This document shows, piece after piece, positions 24,390-36,349 of a DNA stretch of 64,000 bases. This DNA is from Neodothiora populina. Lineage: Eukaryota. Positions within the stretch are counted from its first letter, which is position 1, and each line of letters begins with the position of its first letter. The position numbers were made by a program, and so were the translations under genes. The stretch lies in contig NW_027191404.1 of NCBI RefSeq assembly GCF_041146345.1, forward strand, positions 868,001 to 932,000. The letters are read 5' to 3'. The notes beneath the pieces were generated by a model. The model was not told the origin of the DNA, did not search any database, and worked only from the letters and a program-made list of their open reading frames with translations.

Positions 24390-25227
24390 GCGTCAGGCCT
24401 TGCATTCCATCGTCTCCCGATTCTGTCCTGGTCGGCGTTGTGCCAGCAGAAGAAGCGGAAGAGGGACGAACAAAGGACGTCAAGATTTCCTCTCGCTTTG
24501 CTGAAGTAGAAGAAGAAGTAGAAGTTGAAGACCCAGAAGAAAGTCCAACCCCAGACTCGCTGGATATAGACTCATCCTCATCCTCAACAACGCCATACCT
24601 CTTGCCCCACCGGCACTCAGATGGATAGTCGCATTGGCCCCAACAATCCCTCTCCCTCTCCCTCTCCCTCTCCCTTTCCCCTCTCATTTCGTCTCCATCT
24701 CTCCTCCCCTGCTGTTTGTCCCGTAGTCTCAGCCGACGCCCGGCATTTCCCCTTCTCCAAACCCCCCACTTCTTCCACGCGATGAAGTCAAACTCACTAG
24801 TACACGCCCTGTGCCTCTTCCTCCTGACCAGTCTCTTGCGTCTATTGCTGCCATTACTGCCACTGACAAAAACAGACGACACAGAAGCCGACTCGCCAGA
24901 GCAGAAATAGTGTCCGTCGTCGAGACAGCGGCGCGTCACGCACAGTCTGTACTTTCTATTACAGATATGGCAGTGCCAGAGCCAACTGAGCGGACCCACG
25001 GCCGGCGGTGGGGCGTCCCTGGAGGTATCCGAGTGAGGAGGCGAAGGTGAAGTCGGAATTGAGATGGTTGCAGTGGGTAGGGAAACTAAAGGCATGAGAG
25101 GCGAGAGAGGCGTGCATGGTGATGGGGGCACGGCTAGTCTGGAGGAGCGGAATGGGATGCTGCTGCTGCTTTTTATGCTTGGGTTGGTGAGGGTTATTGT
25201 CAGGTTTGTGGCGCGCTGTGGTGACAT
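24124..25227 (-). CDS. Ser-rich hypothetical protein with a Cys/His cluster (putative zinc ribbon)
   Basis: 367-aa ORF containing WHCHIC...RRCLDDGHYFC...CTSEFD...W..WG.WRR...CWGQCDYPSEC between low-complexity arms. Confidence 0.7.
24328..24389. repeat. (TGA)~20 microsatellite encoding poly-Ser on the minus strand
   Basis: Directly visible. Confidence 0.97.
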
Positions 25228-26419
25228 TTTTCTGCCACTTTTTGTTGTTTCTGCTGCTTGCTGCAGGTTCTGGGGATCGTAGGGTTTTTGGGTTGTATGT
25301 AATGAACTTGAAAGCGATATTGCGACGAGTGAATGAATGACTCTGTGGGTTATCCTCTCTGATATTCAAAAATTTGGGGAAGAATGAAAATCAACGAAGA
25401 CCGGCTTCGGTGGTTAGGTGTGATAGATTATATTGCTCTTTTATAACAGGTGAAAAGATGGACAGATAAGAAATGACAGTGATGTTTCCTGAGAAAAAGG
25501 AGAAGACGGACGTGAAGGACGACAAGAAGACATAACTTATCCTCACGCAGCTACAAAATACACATTGAATCATTGAATCATCTACTCATTCTGAAGAAGT
25601 GGTCAACTAGAGACAAAGCCTCGCAATGGTTTGAAACAAATACAGCGAACAAAGGAAAGTGAGGAACGGGTGGAAAAATAGTCCACTTCACTTCACGCAC
25701 GACAAAGAAATAAAAAAGACGATAACAAGGAATAGCGACTCATACTTGGCACTGAAAACACAGAGCCATCAAGACGGAAAGAGATTCCCTCTCATTAAAT
25801 ACTGCGTCTCGAATCTCTCGTGCTCACGAAAAACAAACGAAATGTCTCGGGGTGCTTTCTCTTTGTCTTTGCATCGAGGGCAGAGGATAGTCGTCCCACG
25901 CATTGTGTATGACAAGTGTCCTGAGAAAATGTGGAGATCAACGCATAGTCGAACCTACAAAGTGATTTGTCTTTATGTCTTGCGTCTCTTTGTGTTTGTC
26001 CTAGAGCACATCATGACATGCTTTCCTAGAAGAAAGGGGGATCATGTTGGGTAGAACCAACAAAGGGGAAAAATTAAATTGGCGCGCGCGTCCGACGTCT
26101 GTCTGTCTCTCGAGTCGATCAGAAAAGTAGTGCTTTCGTTGTCGCAAATACTCGCCAGGCAAGAACACTAAAACTTGTCTTTGTCTTGGTGATTAGCGAG
26201 TCCGAATCGCAAAAAGCTCGGAGACTCGGACGCGGCGATGGTGGCAAATCTTAAATAATTATGGTCTCTTGGTTGAGACAAAGAAGATGGTGATTATTCA
26301 TTATTATAGCGTATCTATCGTACAATGTTTTTTTTCGGGACCAAAAGGGCAGAGGGAAAATGATCTCCAAAAGCCCCAAGGGTCGAAAGCGCCGAGGCGG
26401 GATCCTGTCGTCATTTTCA

Positions 26420-29400
26420 TCACTGGACGACACCCCTCAAGGCTTGCAGCAGCAGACCGAAAATCAGTCCCCGAGCGACCTTTTCGTCCTGCAGACAGTC
26501 AAACACCCTGCCCAGAGCCTCTCCCGTGGCTGCTTGACCCATGACTCCGGTCAATGCGACGGGCATGCCTCTCTCGACGAGCAGCTGCCTGGCCTTGGCC
26601 CTCAACTCCTCTTTGGCTTTGTCGTCCATGGGTTTTGGCCACTTCTCCTTTTCTTCTTCGGTGGGCAGTGAAGAGGTGCGGATCGTGTTGATGTGAGCTG
26701 CAATGCCGGCGTCCGAGGTGTTTGCCTCGATGACAGTCTCTTGAATGAGCACGCGAATGGCCTCGAGCTGAGGATTGCCAGGACGAAGAAGAAATGATTT
26801 GGCTGCATTCAACAAGGTGCGTCGAATCTGCCAGGCTGAGCTCAAAGTATAGAGCTCAGTGATGACTGCGAACAACAACTCGACAGCGACTTGGGTCTCT
26901 TGCTCGCCGATTGGCGGCTTCGGCTTTTCGAGTCTTGTTGTGGGCGGAGCGGGCGATCTGTCTTTGTGCGATGAAGTTGGGCGGGACGGAGTGCCTTGTA
27001 GAGGCTCGGCAAGAGCCATAAGGCTCTGTGATGATTGACGTCGCGAGGCGGGATTACTGTAGGTCATGCCTTCGCCCCTTCTGGGAGGTTGTTCTTGCTC
27101 CACGACACTCAGTGGCCTCGGCGAGCCATAGTCATCGGACATCTCAGACGGCGGCGGCGGGAGGTTCAAGCTCTTTCTTTCTTCGATTGGAGTATGAGGC
27201 GATTGCATGATCGACGAGGTCCGGCTCTCGGTCCGTTTGAGATCGACACTCTGTCGGCCATGCGACGATCCTCGTGAGGCGAGACTTGGCCTGGGTCTTG
27301 CTTCAATGGGCGCCGAGGCCTGCAGACTCGTCTTTCGCTGGACCGCGGGCAGACTATGCAAGCTGTCGGTGCTTTGTCGAGGTGCATCGCAGCCCAAGCT
27401 GCCCATGTAGCTGTCTTCCATGTAGTTCTGCGCAAGAGAAACAGAGGACCGACTGGCTACGCTGGCGCTGGCGGAATGTCCCGGAGGCTTCTTGCCACCA
27501 CCCAAGACTCCGGCCACTCCACCGAAAAAGGCTTTGCTGCCACCGGCAACATCCTTTGGAGCTTTGGTCAGGACATCCATCATGTTCTTGCCCATCTGAT
27601 CAAAGGCAACAGGAGTGGGCCAACCGAAGCCTTTGGTGCCTCCCGGCGACCGCGACAAACCCTGGTCCTTCTCGAGGAAACGCTTCATCCCCTCGCTTTC
27701 AGCGAGTTGCTGATAACTGACAGCATCACACAGATAGCGCTCGAGCTCTCCACGAAGCGATGCTTTTGTGTGCAGTTTCCAGGTGGGTAGGTTGGGGTGG
27801 CCCTCGCTGAAGCCTAACCCAGAGACATTCGAGATGCGACGGAGCACTTCGTGGAGTGTTCCGAAATCAGCATATTTCCTGACGATCATCCAACCGGGGA
27901 ACCGCGAATCGATGGGCTCGATTTGGATCATATATTCCGTAGCAGGCTTAGATCGCAATGTGGTCTTGTCTCCTGGCGTCGCATCGTCGAAGATGGATAT
28001 GCGGGCATTGAACAGAGTAAGCACAGGGGAGGGCTTCAGATGACTCTCTTTGTCACCGTCGCCATTGAGAGCAGTGGCGGTGCGGACAGCAGAAATCTGA
28101 TCGAAGGTGGTAGGAGGCGGCGATTTTGCGGCAGGCTTTGGGAGCTGCTTATTCGGCAGTGAAGTTGGTGACAAGTCGTTGGACCGGCGCAACTCTGTAT
28201 CGCTGTCCCTGCTGCTCGAAGCGCTCTGCGATGAGGCTGGGGTGGTTATGCCTTCGGTGGTGCCCTCGGATATGCTTTCATGGCTTGTGTTGAGTTCGGA
28301 GGGTATCCTCGCTTTCTTTTGCGCGGCTTCTTCCTGCTGGACAATGAGCTCTGTCAAGCGCTTCGCCTCTCTCATCGCCTCATCCATGGCTTCCTCGGCT
28401 CTGCTTCTGTTACGCTTGTGATGTGCGGCACTGGAGATTTCTTCGATAGGACTCATGGTGGCCTCGGGAACTGCGGTATGCTTCTCGACGGATTTGAGAT
28501 CGGGGTTGGCAGATCGTTCTACTCCAGCATCGATGGCCTCCAGTAAACCGGGCTCGCCATCTTCGAGAAGGTGGACAACCCATCCGTTGATCCATTCGGG
28601 CTTCGAGCAGGTGGTGATGGTCATGGCCAGCACGAGCTTAGAGAGAACTTGTCTCAGGAAGATCTGAATCGGGAGACAGTCGTACGCCCTTCTGTCCAGG
28701 TAGCTCTTCAGGAGGTCGTCAGCGACAAGAGCCAGCTTTTTCTCTTGATGCCTCTGGTCGAGAATGTTGGCCAGGCTGCTGTCGGGCTTGGCTTGAAGAT
28801 ACGAGGCAACGGCATGAGGGGCTGAAGAACCCGGCGAGGCGTTGAGAGCGGCGGAGAGCTCGTTGAGGAAGACGATGACTATGGACGAGGAATTGGTGAC
28901 AAAGTCCAGAAAGCCATCCACGGGTCGCTTGCGGGAAAGGCGGTTCGACAGAGAAATAAAGAAGGCGACGAGCGTCTGACGGCAAGCATGAGGGAAATTG
29001 TCCTCTCCGGGCAGAATGGGAGTGTACCACCACCTAGCGAGAGAATGAATCAACGGATGTGCAGCAAAACAGAGGGAGAGGTAAATGCATACTTGACATA
29101 ATCTCTGACAATGGCATCGGTGAAAGTGGTCAAAGCGAGCGCAGTGTCAGGACGGAAGGAAGAGAAATCGAGCTTCTTCTTCGCGAGGATCTTGACGTCT
29201 GCCTCGTCTGCATCGGAGTCGCCATCTGGGCCTGACCTATCCGTCTTCCACTCCAACACTCTCTGCACAACCTCGAGGCCGATCTCTCTCCTCTTCCGTA
29301 GTTCCTTCTCCCTCGCGGCCGCTCTGTCCGTCTCGCCGTGCGCATCCCAAGAGGCATGTAGCGCGACTCCCCCGACCAGACCGATCAGCATAAGACCTAC

Positions 29401-29733
29401 CCGTCCCAACACAAGATAAGTTGTGGCGCTCAGGCCTACGAGACAAGCACCTATGGTTCCATTGCTCGCATGCGACAAGAAGTGCAAGGCCTTGTCGGCG
29501 ATGAGGTGGAAGTAAACATTTGCGGATTGAGCTGGCGGCTGCTGCACAGCGACGTCTACCTCTGTTGCTGGAGCCTTCTTCTCGTCGGTGGTCTCGGATT
29601 GGTGATCATCGTTGTTGTTTTGGCCGAAATTAATATTAGTGTTGTCATTTATTATTCCTCCAGACTCTGGACGGCTCAGTGGTAGCGTCGTTTCTTCGGA
29701 GTCGGTGTTGTCGGTGCCAGCCATGGTCGGCAA
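26420..29733 (-). CDS. PXA-PX-Nexin_C sorting-nexin-like protein with N-terminal TM segments; intron 29034-29092
   Basis: IVRDYVKWWYTPI (PXA start, across the splice junction). PX domain YMIQIEP...GWMIVRKYADFGTLHEVL...LERYL. C-terminal ELYTLSSAWQIRRTLL...GRVFDCLQ. Confidence 0.88.
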
Positions 29734-30262
29734 TAGATTCTATAAAAGTCCAAGAGCCATGCAACAAGACAAGAGTAAAGGCGTTGGCAGATGTGTATTC
29801 AGTGTGACACGGAGAGAAAGAGAGATGCAAAAAACGGAGAATGCAACGGATTACAGTTCACAATTTACAGATGCGCAGAAGATTCCACGGGTCGGAACTC
29901 CTGAAACGGCTGGTGTGGTGATCGCGATTTTGACTTGTACTGTATGTACGCGGCCTGCTAGAAGCCAACGCGTAAAGCTAAACTCGAGATGTGTGTTGTG
30001 GTACAGTGATACGAAGCAGGGTGGCTGTAGGCAGCGGATGGAACATGAATGATTAGCAGTCGTGTGGGGGATGATCCTGCTGTTACTATCATAAGTAGAA
30101 CCAAATCATGCTCACTGTGAACTGTGTGACTTTTGTAGATGACATTGGACGACAATCAGTAAATACAGAACAAAAGACGGGGGGTTTCCTCTAATGCGGA
30201 GGTCTGCGGAGGTCTCTTCCCTTGCTGTACGGGTATAAAAAAGGGACTGGATGACGATGGAT

Positions 30263-30292
30263 GCACAAGCACAAGCACAAGCACAAGCACAA
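30263..30292. repeat. (GCACAA)5 repeat in the divergent promoter between the nexin and TyrRS genes
   Basis: Directly visible. Confidence 0.9.
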
Positions 30293-30492
30293 TACACTAT
30301 GAACACATGAACAAGAATAGCCTCTCCTGAACTTCCTCATGTTGTACTGTAAAGGGTAAAGGTGAGCTCCGTGGGTCAGGCACTCCGTCTTCCATGCAGT
30401 AGTAGCAGTAAACACAAGAGCAAAGGGGGGCCCCAGAGGGGAGTTACATGCCAAACCGACATGTCAGGAAACCCTGGCTTGGCAGAGATAGA

Positions 30493-30533
30493 TGACTCGG
30501 GGACCAGCAAAGGTGACTTCCTCCTCTGAGTCA
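30493..30533. promoter_or_regulatory. CpcA/Gcn4-type sites upstream of TyrRS
   Basis: TGACTC at 30493-30498 and a perfect TGAGTCA at 30527-30533. Confidence 0.55.
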
Positions 30534-30744
30534 GATCCAGAGACAAATCATATCGTACCTGCCTTCTGTACCCCTCCATCTACATTCACTTTATACACCA
30601 TTTTCCTCCCCCACTCGTTGATCCTTCTGTTCTTTTGATCACGAGACTTAGAGATAGAAAAAAAAACACAATCCAGTCGCCATTGACTGCTAACAAGTCC
30701 AAAGCCGGAGAGAAGAGGAATATACTTGACAGAAAAATAACGCC

Positions 30745-32068
30745 ATGGCCTCTTCCACTCCCCAAACACCGCAGGAGCAATTCGACCTGATCTGCGACAA
30801 CCTGCAAGAAGTGCTGAACCCAGAGATCATCAAGCACGTGCTCGAAGTGGAAAAGCGACCTCTGGAAGTGTACTGGGGAACGGCGACTACAGGGCGTCCG
30901 CACTGCGGATACTTTGTGCCTTGTCTCAAGATCGCGCAATTCCTGCAGGCGGGATGCAAAGTCAAGGTGCTGCTGGCCGACATCCACGGCTTCCTCGACA
31001 ACCTCAAGGCTCCCATCGAGCTGGTCGAGTACCGCGCGGTCTACTACCGCTTCGTCATCACCGAGCTGCTCAAGGCCGCGGGCGCACCCATCGAGAAGCT
31101 CGAGTTTGTCCTCGGGTCCAGCTACCAGCTCAGCAAGGAATACACAATGGACAGGTTCAGACTCGAGTCTGTCACGACCATGCACGACGCCAAGAAGGCG
31201 GGCGCCGAGGTGGTCAAGCAGGTCGACAACGCCACCCTGTCTTCGCTCATCTACCCCGTCATGCAGGCGCTCGACGAGGAGTACCTCAAGGTGGACGCGC
31301 AGTTCGGCGGAGTCGACCAGCGCAAGATCTTTGCCCTGGCCAAGGACTGTCTGCCCAAGATCGGCTACAAGGAGCGCGCACACTTGATGAACGCCATGGT
31401 GCCCGGTCTCGCAGGCGGCAAGATGAGTTCCAGCGACCCGGACAGCAAGATTGATCTTCTCGACGAGCCCGCCGTCGTGCAGAAGAAGCTGAAGAAGGCC
31501 TTTGCCATGCCCAAGGTCGTCGAGGACAACGGCGTCCTGTCCTTTGTCGAGTACGTCCTGTTGCCCGCGAGTGCTCTCAAGTACGGCGCACAGAAGTTTG
31601 TGGTGGAGAGACGGGAAGGCGGGCCGCTCGTCTACACGGACATCAAGACGATGCAGGACGACTACCGCGCCGACGTCGTAAGTTTTTCTCTCATCTCTAC
31701 ACCTAACCTCGTCCCAAAACACCTTCCTCAAACTTGACTCAATGTTCTTACAGCTCACCCCCCAACTCCTCAAATCCGCCGTCACCCCCGCCCTCATCGA
31801 CCTCCTCGCACCCATCCAAGCAGCCTTCAAGGCCTCGGAAGAATGGCAGGCGATCGAAAAGCAAGCCTACCCGCCGCCCCCGGAGAAGAAGAAGAAGGAA
31901 AAGAAGGACAAGGGCTCGCGCCACCCCGGCGCAGCAGCGAAACAGCAGCAGGTCGAGGCCAAGCCCGACGGATCAGTCAAGGGCCAGGACAGCGCCGAGG
32001 TTTCCGTCGGCAAGAGTGTGGACGAGGCGCTCGAGAAGCTCGAGTTGGAGAAGAAGGCTGTCGCGTAG
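30745..32068 (+). CDS. TYS1: Cytoplasmic tyrosyl-tRNA synthetase; intron 31678-31753
   Basis: YWGTATTGRPHCGY (HIGH equivalent), LLADIHGFLDN, YPVMQALDEEYL, QFGGVDQRKIF and KMSSS. Confidence 0.97.
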
Positions 32069-32553
32069 TCCTTTTTTTTCTTCTCTTTCTTTTTCTCTGC
32101 CTTGTGCTGCATCGTTCTTAGCATTCCTCTCTGTCCCCTGCTTTTTGTGCATCTACATCCCTCCTCGCCATCACCAATCATATCAAAAGCCACCCCCCTT
32201 TTTTTTACGATGATAGAAGAGTAAATACAAATCTTGGAATATGTATCCACGCAGACACGAAAGAAAGGACAACCAGATTAAATAGCACTTCCCCCAAATA
32301 ACGCCCCCGCTCTATGACTCCCTACAGGAAACAAGGTAAGGAAGAAGGTAGGAATAAGGTACATACAGATCCAAGGAAAGGTATCTAGCTACAGTTTTTG
32401 TTTTTTCACACATGAACACATTCAATCCAGCCAGCCAGCCAGGCAGACATGGCACACAAGAAAAGCGCAACTCCGACCCTTTCCCCCAAGAAACAACGGC
32501 GACGAGGAGAACAACAATGGTATCCAAACAACCAGAAACGACAAAAAGAAAGA

Positions 32554-32620
32554 TCAAACCCCGCTCGGCCGTCTCGGCTTGACATAATTCAATGCATCGA
32601 CATCATAATCGGAATACTCG

Positions 32621-32656
<36 letters not shown>

Positions 32657-35020
32657 CGACCGTCATCGAAGCCACCGTTCCGGACTCTTCTGACTCTGCC
32701 TAAATCGCCTGTAGCGAGCAGGTCTTCGGGGCTGTCGCTGCCGCTTCGCCCACTGGCGGACGTCACCATCCAGTCGTCGTCTTCGCTGAGCGCTCCGCTG
32801 CGGGCGTTGGTTCTGCTGTTGTCGTGGTGGCTGGCGGTGCTGTAGCGTGATGTTGTTGTGGGGAAGTCGGTGTTGGAGTCGCCTTTCACTAGGCCCATGC
32901 GTTCTTCTTCTGTTTCTTCGACTGCGACGGGGTGGCGTGATGATGAGGACGCTGCTGATGCATGGTGGGGTTGGTTGTGATGGTGGTTGTGGTTCCGCGA
33001 ACTCCGTCTGCTCGCGCCTGCCGTGTAGGAGAAAGCGCTGCGGGAGAGTGGTCGACGGTCTGTCGACACGGATGCCGAGTCGTCGGCGACCATGTCTTCC
33101 CTTCCTCGGTACTTTTCGTCTTGCTGGCGCTGATAGTCGTCTTCGTCGTCGTGGGGTATCGCTTCGTGAGTGCTGTGACCGTGCTTGAACAGTCGTGTCA
33201 CTGGGTTCTGAAAACTAAAGGTTCGTTTGGCGCTTCCGCTGCCGCTGCTGCCACCCGTGTCTCTGTGCGGTGGTGGTGCCGGTGGCGCCAATGAGTCTTG
33301 TTGTGTCGGTAGTGGACTGACGAAGTTGACGTGTGGCGTTATCGGCGATTTGTAGCTCGTGTCTTGATCGAAGTCGCTGGCGCCGTCGTGACTGTGTAGT
33401 GGTTGGAGTCCCGACGGTAGACCAAAGACGTGCTCGTTCTGGTTTCTCGGTGGTGTGCTGTATGTGGCTGGACCATGCCCAGCGCCGGCTTCAAGATCTT
33501 TGAGTTCGGTCGGAGCGTCGTGTTGACCCGATCCGGTGGCTGACTGTGACTTGGCTGATGCCTTGCGACGAGATCCGAACTTCGGGAAATGGAAACCTGG
33601 ATGTACGTCTGTTTCCGCACTGCCAGCATCCGAGTGCGCGTCCGCGTTGTCTTGCTCCGGGAAGCGTGACATTCCCAGAGGCGGGTGAATCGTCTTCTGT
33701 CGTTTTATACTTGAGTTGCCGGGTGCCAGGACGGTCTTGCGTCTTCGTAGACCATCGAAATACACGGGCTCGTCTTCGCCGATGGCGTCCATTCGTTCCG
33801 AGTGTATCGTCTTGACCTCGTCCAATTGGCGCTCGGTACGTTTCTTGCTGATGGCGCGAATGATGGCGGCACCACCGCGGATCGTGTCGGCGCGAGGCTC
33901 GGACTCGGGCTCCTCTTGCTCAGCTATCGTGCGCATTTGGTCGAGGTCGCCCTGGAATATGGCAGTGTCTGGGACATCCTTTGATGATTTTGCAAGCTGC
34001 AAAAGAACAACACCGCTGCAGATGAAGAGAAAGCCCATGACTACTGTAGTGATGGAGGCAGCGGTGCCGTGGAAACCTCTGAAAAGGATGGCAGACGTGA
34101 TGATGGTGGCACTGGTGAACATGACATAATAGGTGGGCGTGACAAGAGCTGCATTGAAGATGTTCAGAGCTTTCTAAGCAAGACATGTCGATATCAGCGG
34201 GTGTTTTTGAGGTACTGCACGTGATACGTACATTGAGATAGATGATCTCGGTGAGCAAAGTCGCAATGACAAAGACTAGCAAGACATAGAGAAACCACTG
34301 GGTGAACTGGTGTTTGTTTGTACCCGAGATCTGGGCGACAATGGCAGCTCCAAGACCCTGGGTAGCAACGACACTCAAGCCTCCGACGAAACTGCAGATG
34401 CTGATGTAGACAAACATGCTCTTCTTGCCGTATCGCGGAGCCACCCACAGAGCGGTGAAGGCGGCGGCGAGGATAACGACACCTGCATAGGCGAGAAAGC
34501 CAGGAGCAATGACATAGTGTTGCATTTCTTGAATGTCGCTAGCAGCACTCTGCTCGGGGGCATTGATGGCAATGACAGTGGCGCCAATAACACACTGAAA
34601 GCATGCGACCTTGCCGACGAAGCTCAGTCTTTCCTTCAGGAAAATGGCAGACAGGATGGTGGTGATGACAACACTGAGGGCGCCAAACGGAGTGACAAGA
34701 ATGGCGTCGACAAAGGCATAAGCAACAAAATTGCAGATTTCGCCAATGATCATGGTGATCATGCCAGCCCACCACCAGGCGTTCTTGAGGTATCCATAGC
34801 CTTCACCAGCGACCTCGTTGTATTTCTCGTTGGCCTTCAACAGACCAATTTTCTTGACAACAAACGACACGCCGATGAACAGTCCAGAGCAGACGGCGAG
34901 GATGATTCCGACAATCTTGTAGGAGCCCGGCCGCGCTGGTGCGTCCGAGGCAGATGTGCTGGTGTCATTTCGGGCGTACAACTGGTGGACCTCCAGAAGG
35001 ACATGACCGGCTGTGTCCAT
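32554..35020 (-). CDS. NIPA/DUF803-family magnesium transporter with a long disordered tail; intron 34174-34231
   Basis: GYGYLKNAWWWAGM...GEICNFVAYAF...LVTPFGALSV...FLKERL, and YLN|KALNIFNAALVTPTYYV across the intron. Confidence 0.92.
32621..32656. repeat. (TCA)n microsatellite encoding poly-Asp in the NIPA tail
   Basis: Directly visible. Confidence 0.9.
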
Positions 35021-36349
35021 TCTCAGCTGTGAAAGAAGAAAAGTAAGGTTATAGAGGAGGCCCCAGAGGGCGGAGGAGCACGTGGTGTTCTTATCGCGTG
35101 CTGGTGCAGGCAGAGCATGCGATCGACGGCGGCTGTTGACACTCTTTCGGTGTGCTGCTAATCAATAATAGGACCTATTTGAATTTCCGGTGCGTTTGGC
35201 TGGAGTCGAAAAGACTGGGTTTGATTCTGACCGGAATCGCTCCCACCGGCAATCAATATTGTGCCTGAGCGATGAAGTAAGATGATATCAACACTGGTGA
35301 CCCTCGGACGTATGTGCAGCAGTGCTGATCCCCTATGAACGTCTGCGCAGCGCAAAACGATAACAGTGTGGGGGTTATCTGCGAACGAACGATAAAATGC
35401 ACGAGTAAGTGCGTTTGTTTTAGATTGTCGTTGAGCCGCAGCGGCAGGGATTTGCTCGCAAAAGGTCCGAGGTAAGGTAATGAAGCGTGAGATGCTGCGG
35501 CAGGAAATGTAGAGTCTCTTAGGGCGTCTATTGCGACGATGAGATGGACTTGGGGAAGAGAAAGAGAGTAGAAAGAATAATTCGTCTCTATCGCATCCCG
35601 CCGTTCCGCTTACGCGTGTCGTCCCCTGCGCTTTTCTCTTTGGATAAAGTGGTAATTAGGTCAGGCAGCTCGTATAAGCAGGATCAAGTCGGCATCATTG
35701 TAGCTTGTAATTGTCCGTTCAGAGCTGCGCCACTCAGCACATATGTATTGTCTTTTCTGGCGGCAAGCTGACAGTCCTGATTTTTTGTGGTGAATATGAA
35801 TGGCCGAGTATGTAGTCTTGTTTCCTATCCTTTCGACTGTACTTTGGCTACTCATTCAAAACAAGAAGACAAAAAAGAAAACCCAGGTCGGTAAACACAT
35901 GCCGTCACTGTATACTATTCTTGACAGCTTCATGGAATGGCGGAGCAACGGTGATTGTGCTTTATGCCTGTGCTTGGATGCTTGAGTGACGCCTCACCAT
36001 ACCTTGGTTCAGAGCTCAGGGTACTGTAAACAAACGCCAAGCCTGTTCCTGCACCTCGCAGCCACAAATGGCTCCACAATCTCCTCGGTGCTTCGAGATC
36101 GACTTGAAACAAGCTGGGCAATCGACCCACAATTACGTCCAAGCCACTCGAGATCTGGAATCCTTGTGTTCGCTGCTGTCACTTGTGGTGCACTAAGCGA
36201 GCCTCATTATCTCCTGACCACTTCTCCAGGTAGAGCACAGCCAAGAGAGGAGGAGTGATTGACCGAGTCTTGGAACCACAGACCGGGCTGTGCCACATTG
36301 CTGCTTTTACTCGTATATGCTAAGGTAGTCTGAAGTGAGGTTCTGCAAC

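Noticed and set aside
24197..24628. Poly-Asp and poly-Met ORFs on the plus strand
   Set aside because: Alternative readings of the (TGA)n microsatellite inside the minus-strand gene.
30586..31830. 414-aa antisense ORF opposite TyrRS
   Set aside because: Shadow ORF expected from the strongly C/G-ending codons of the sense gene; it has no domain features.
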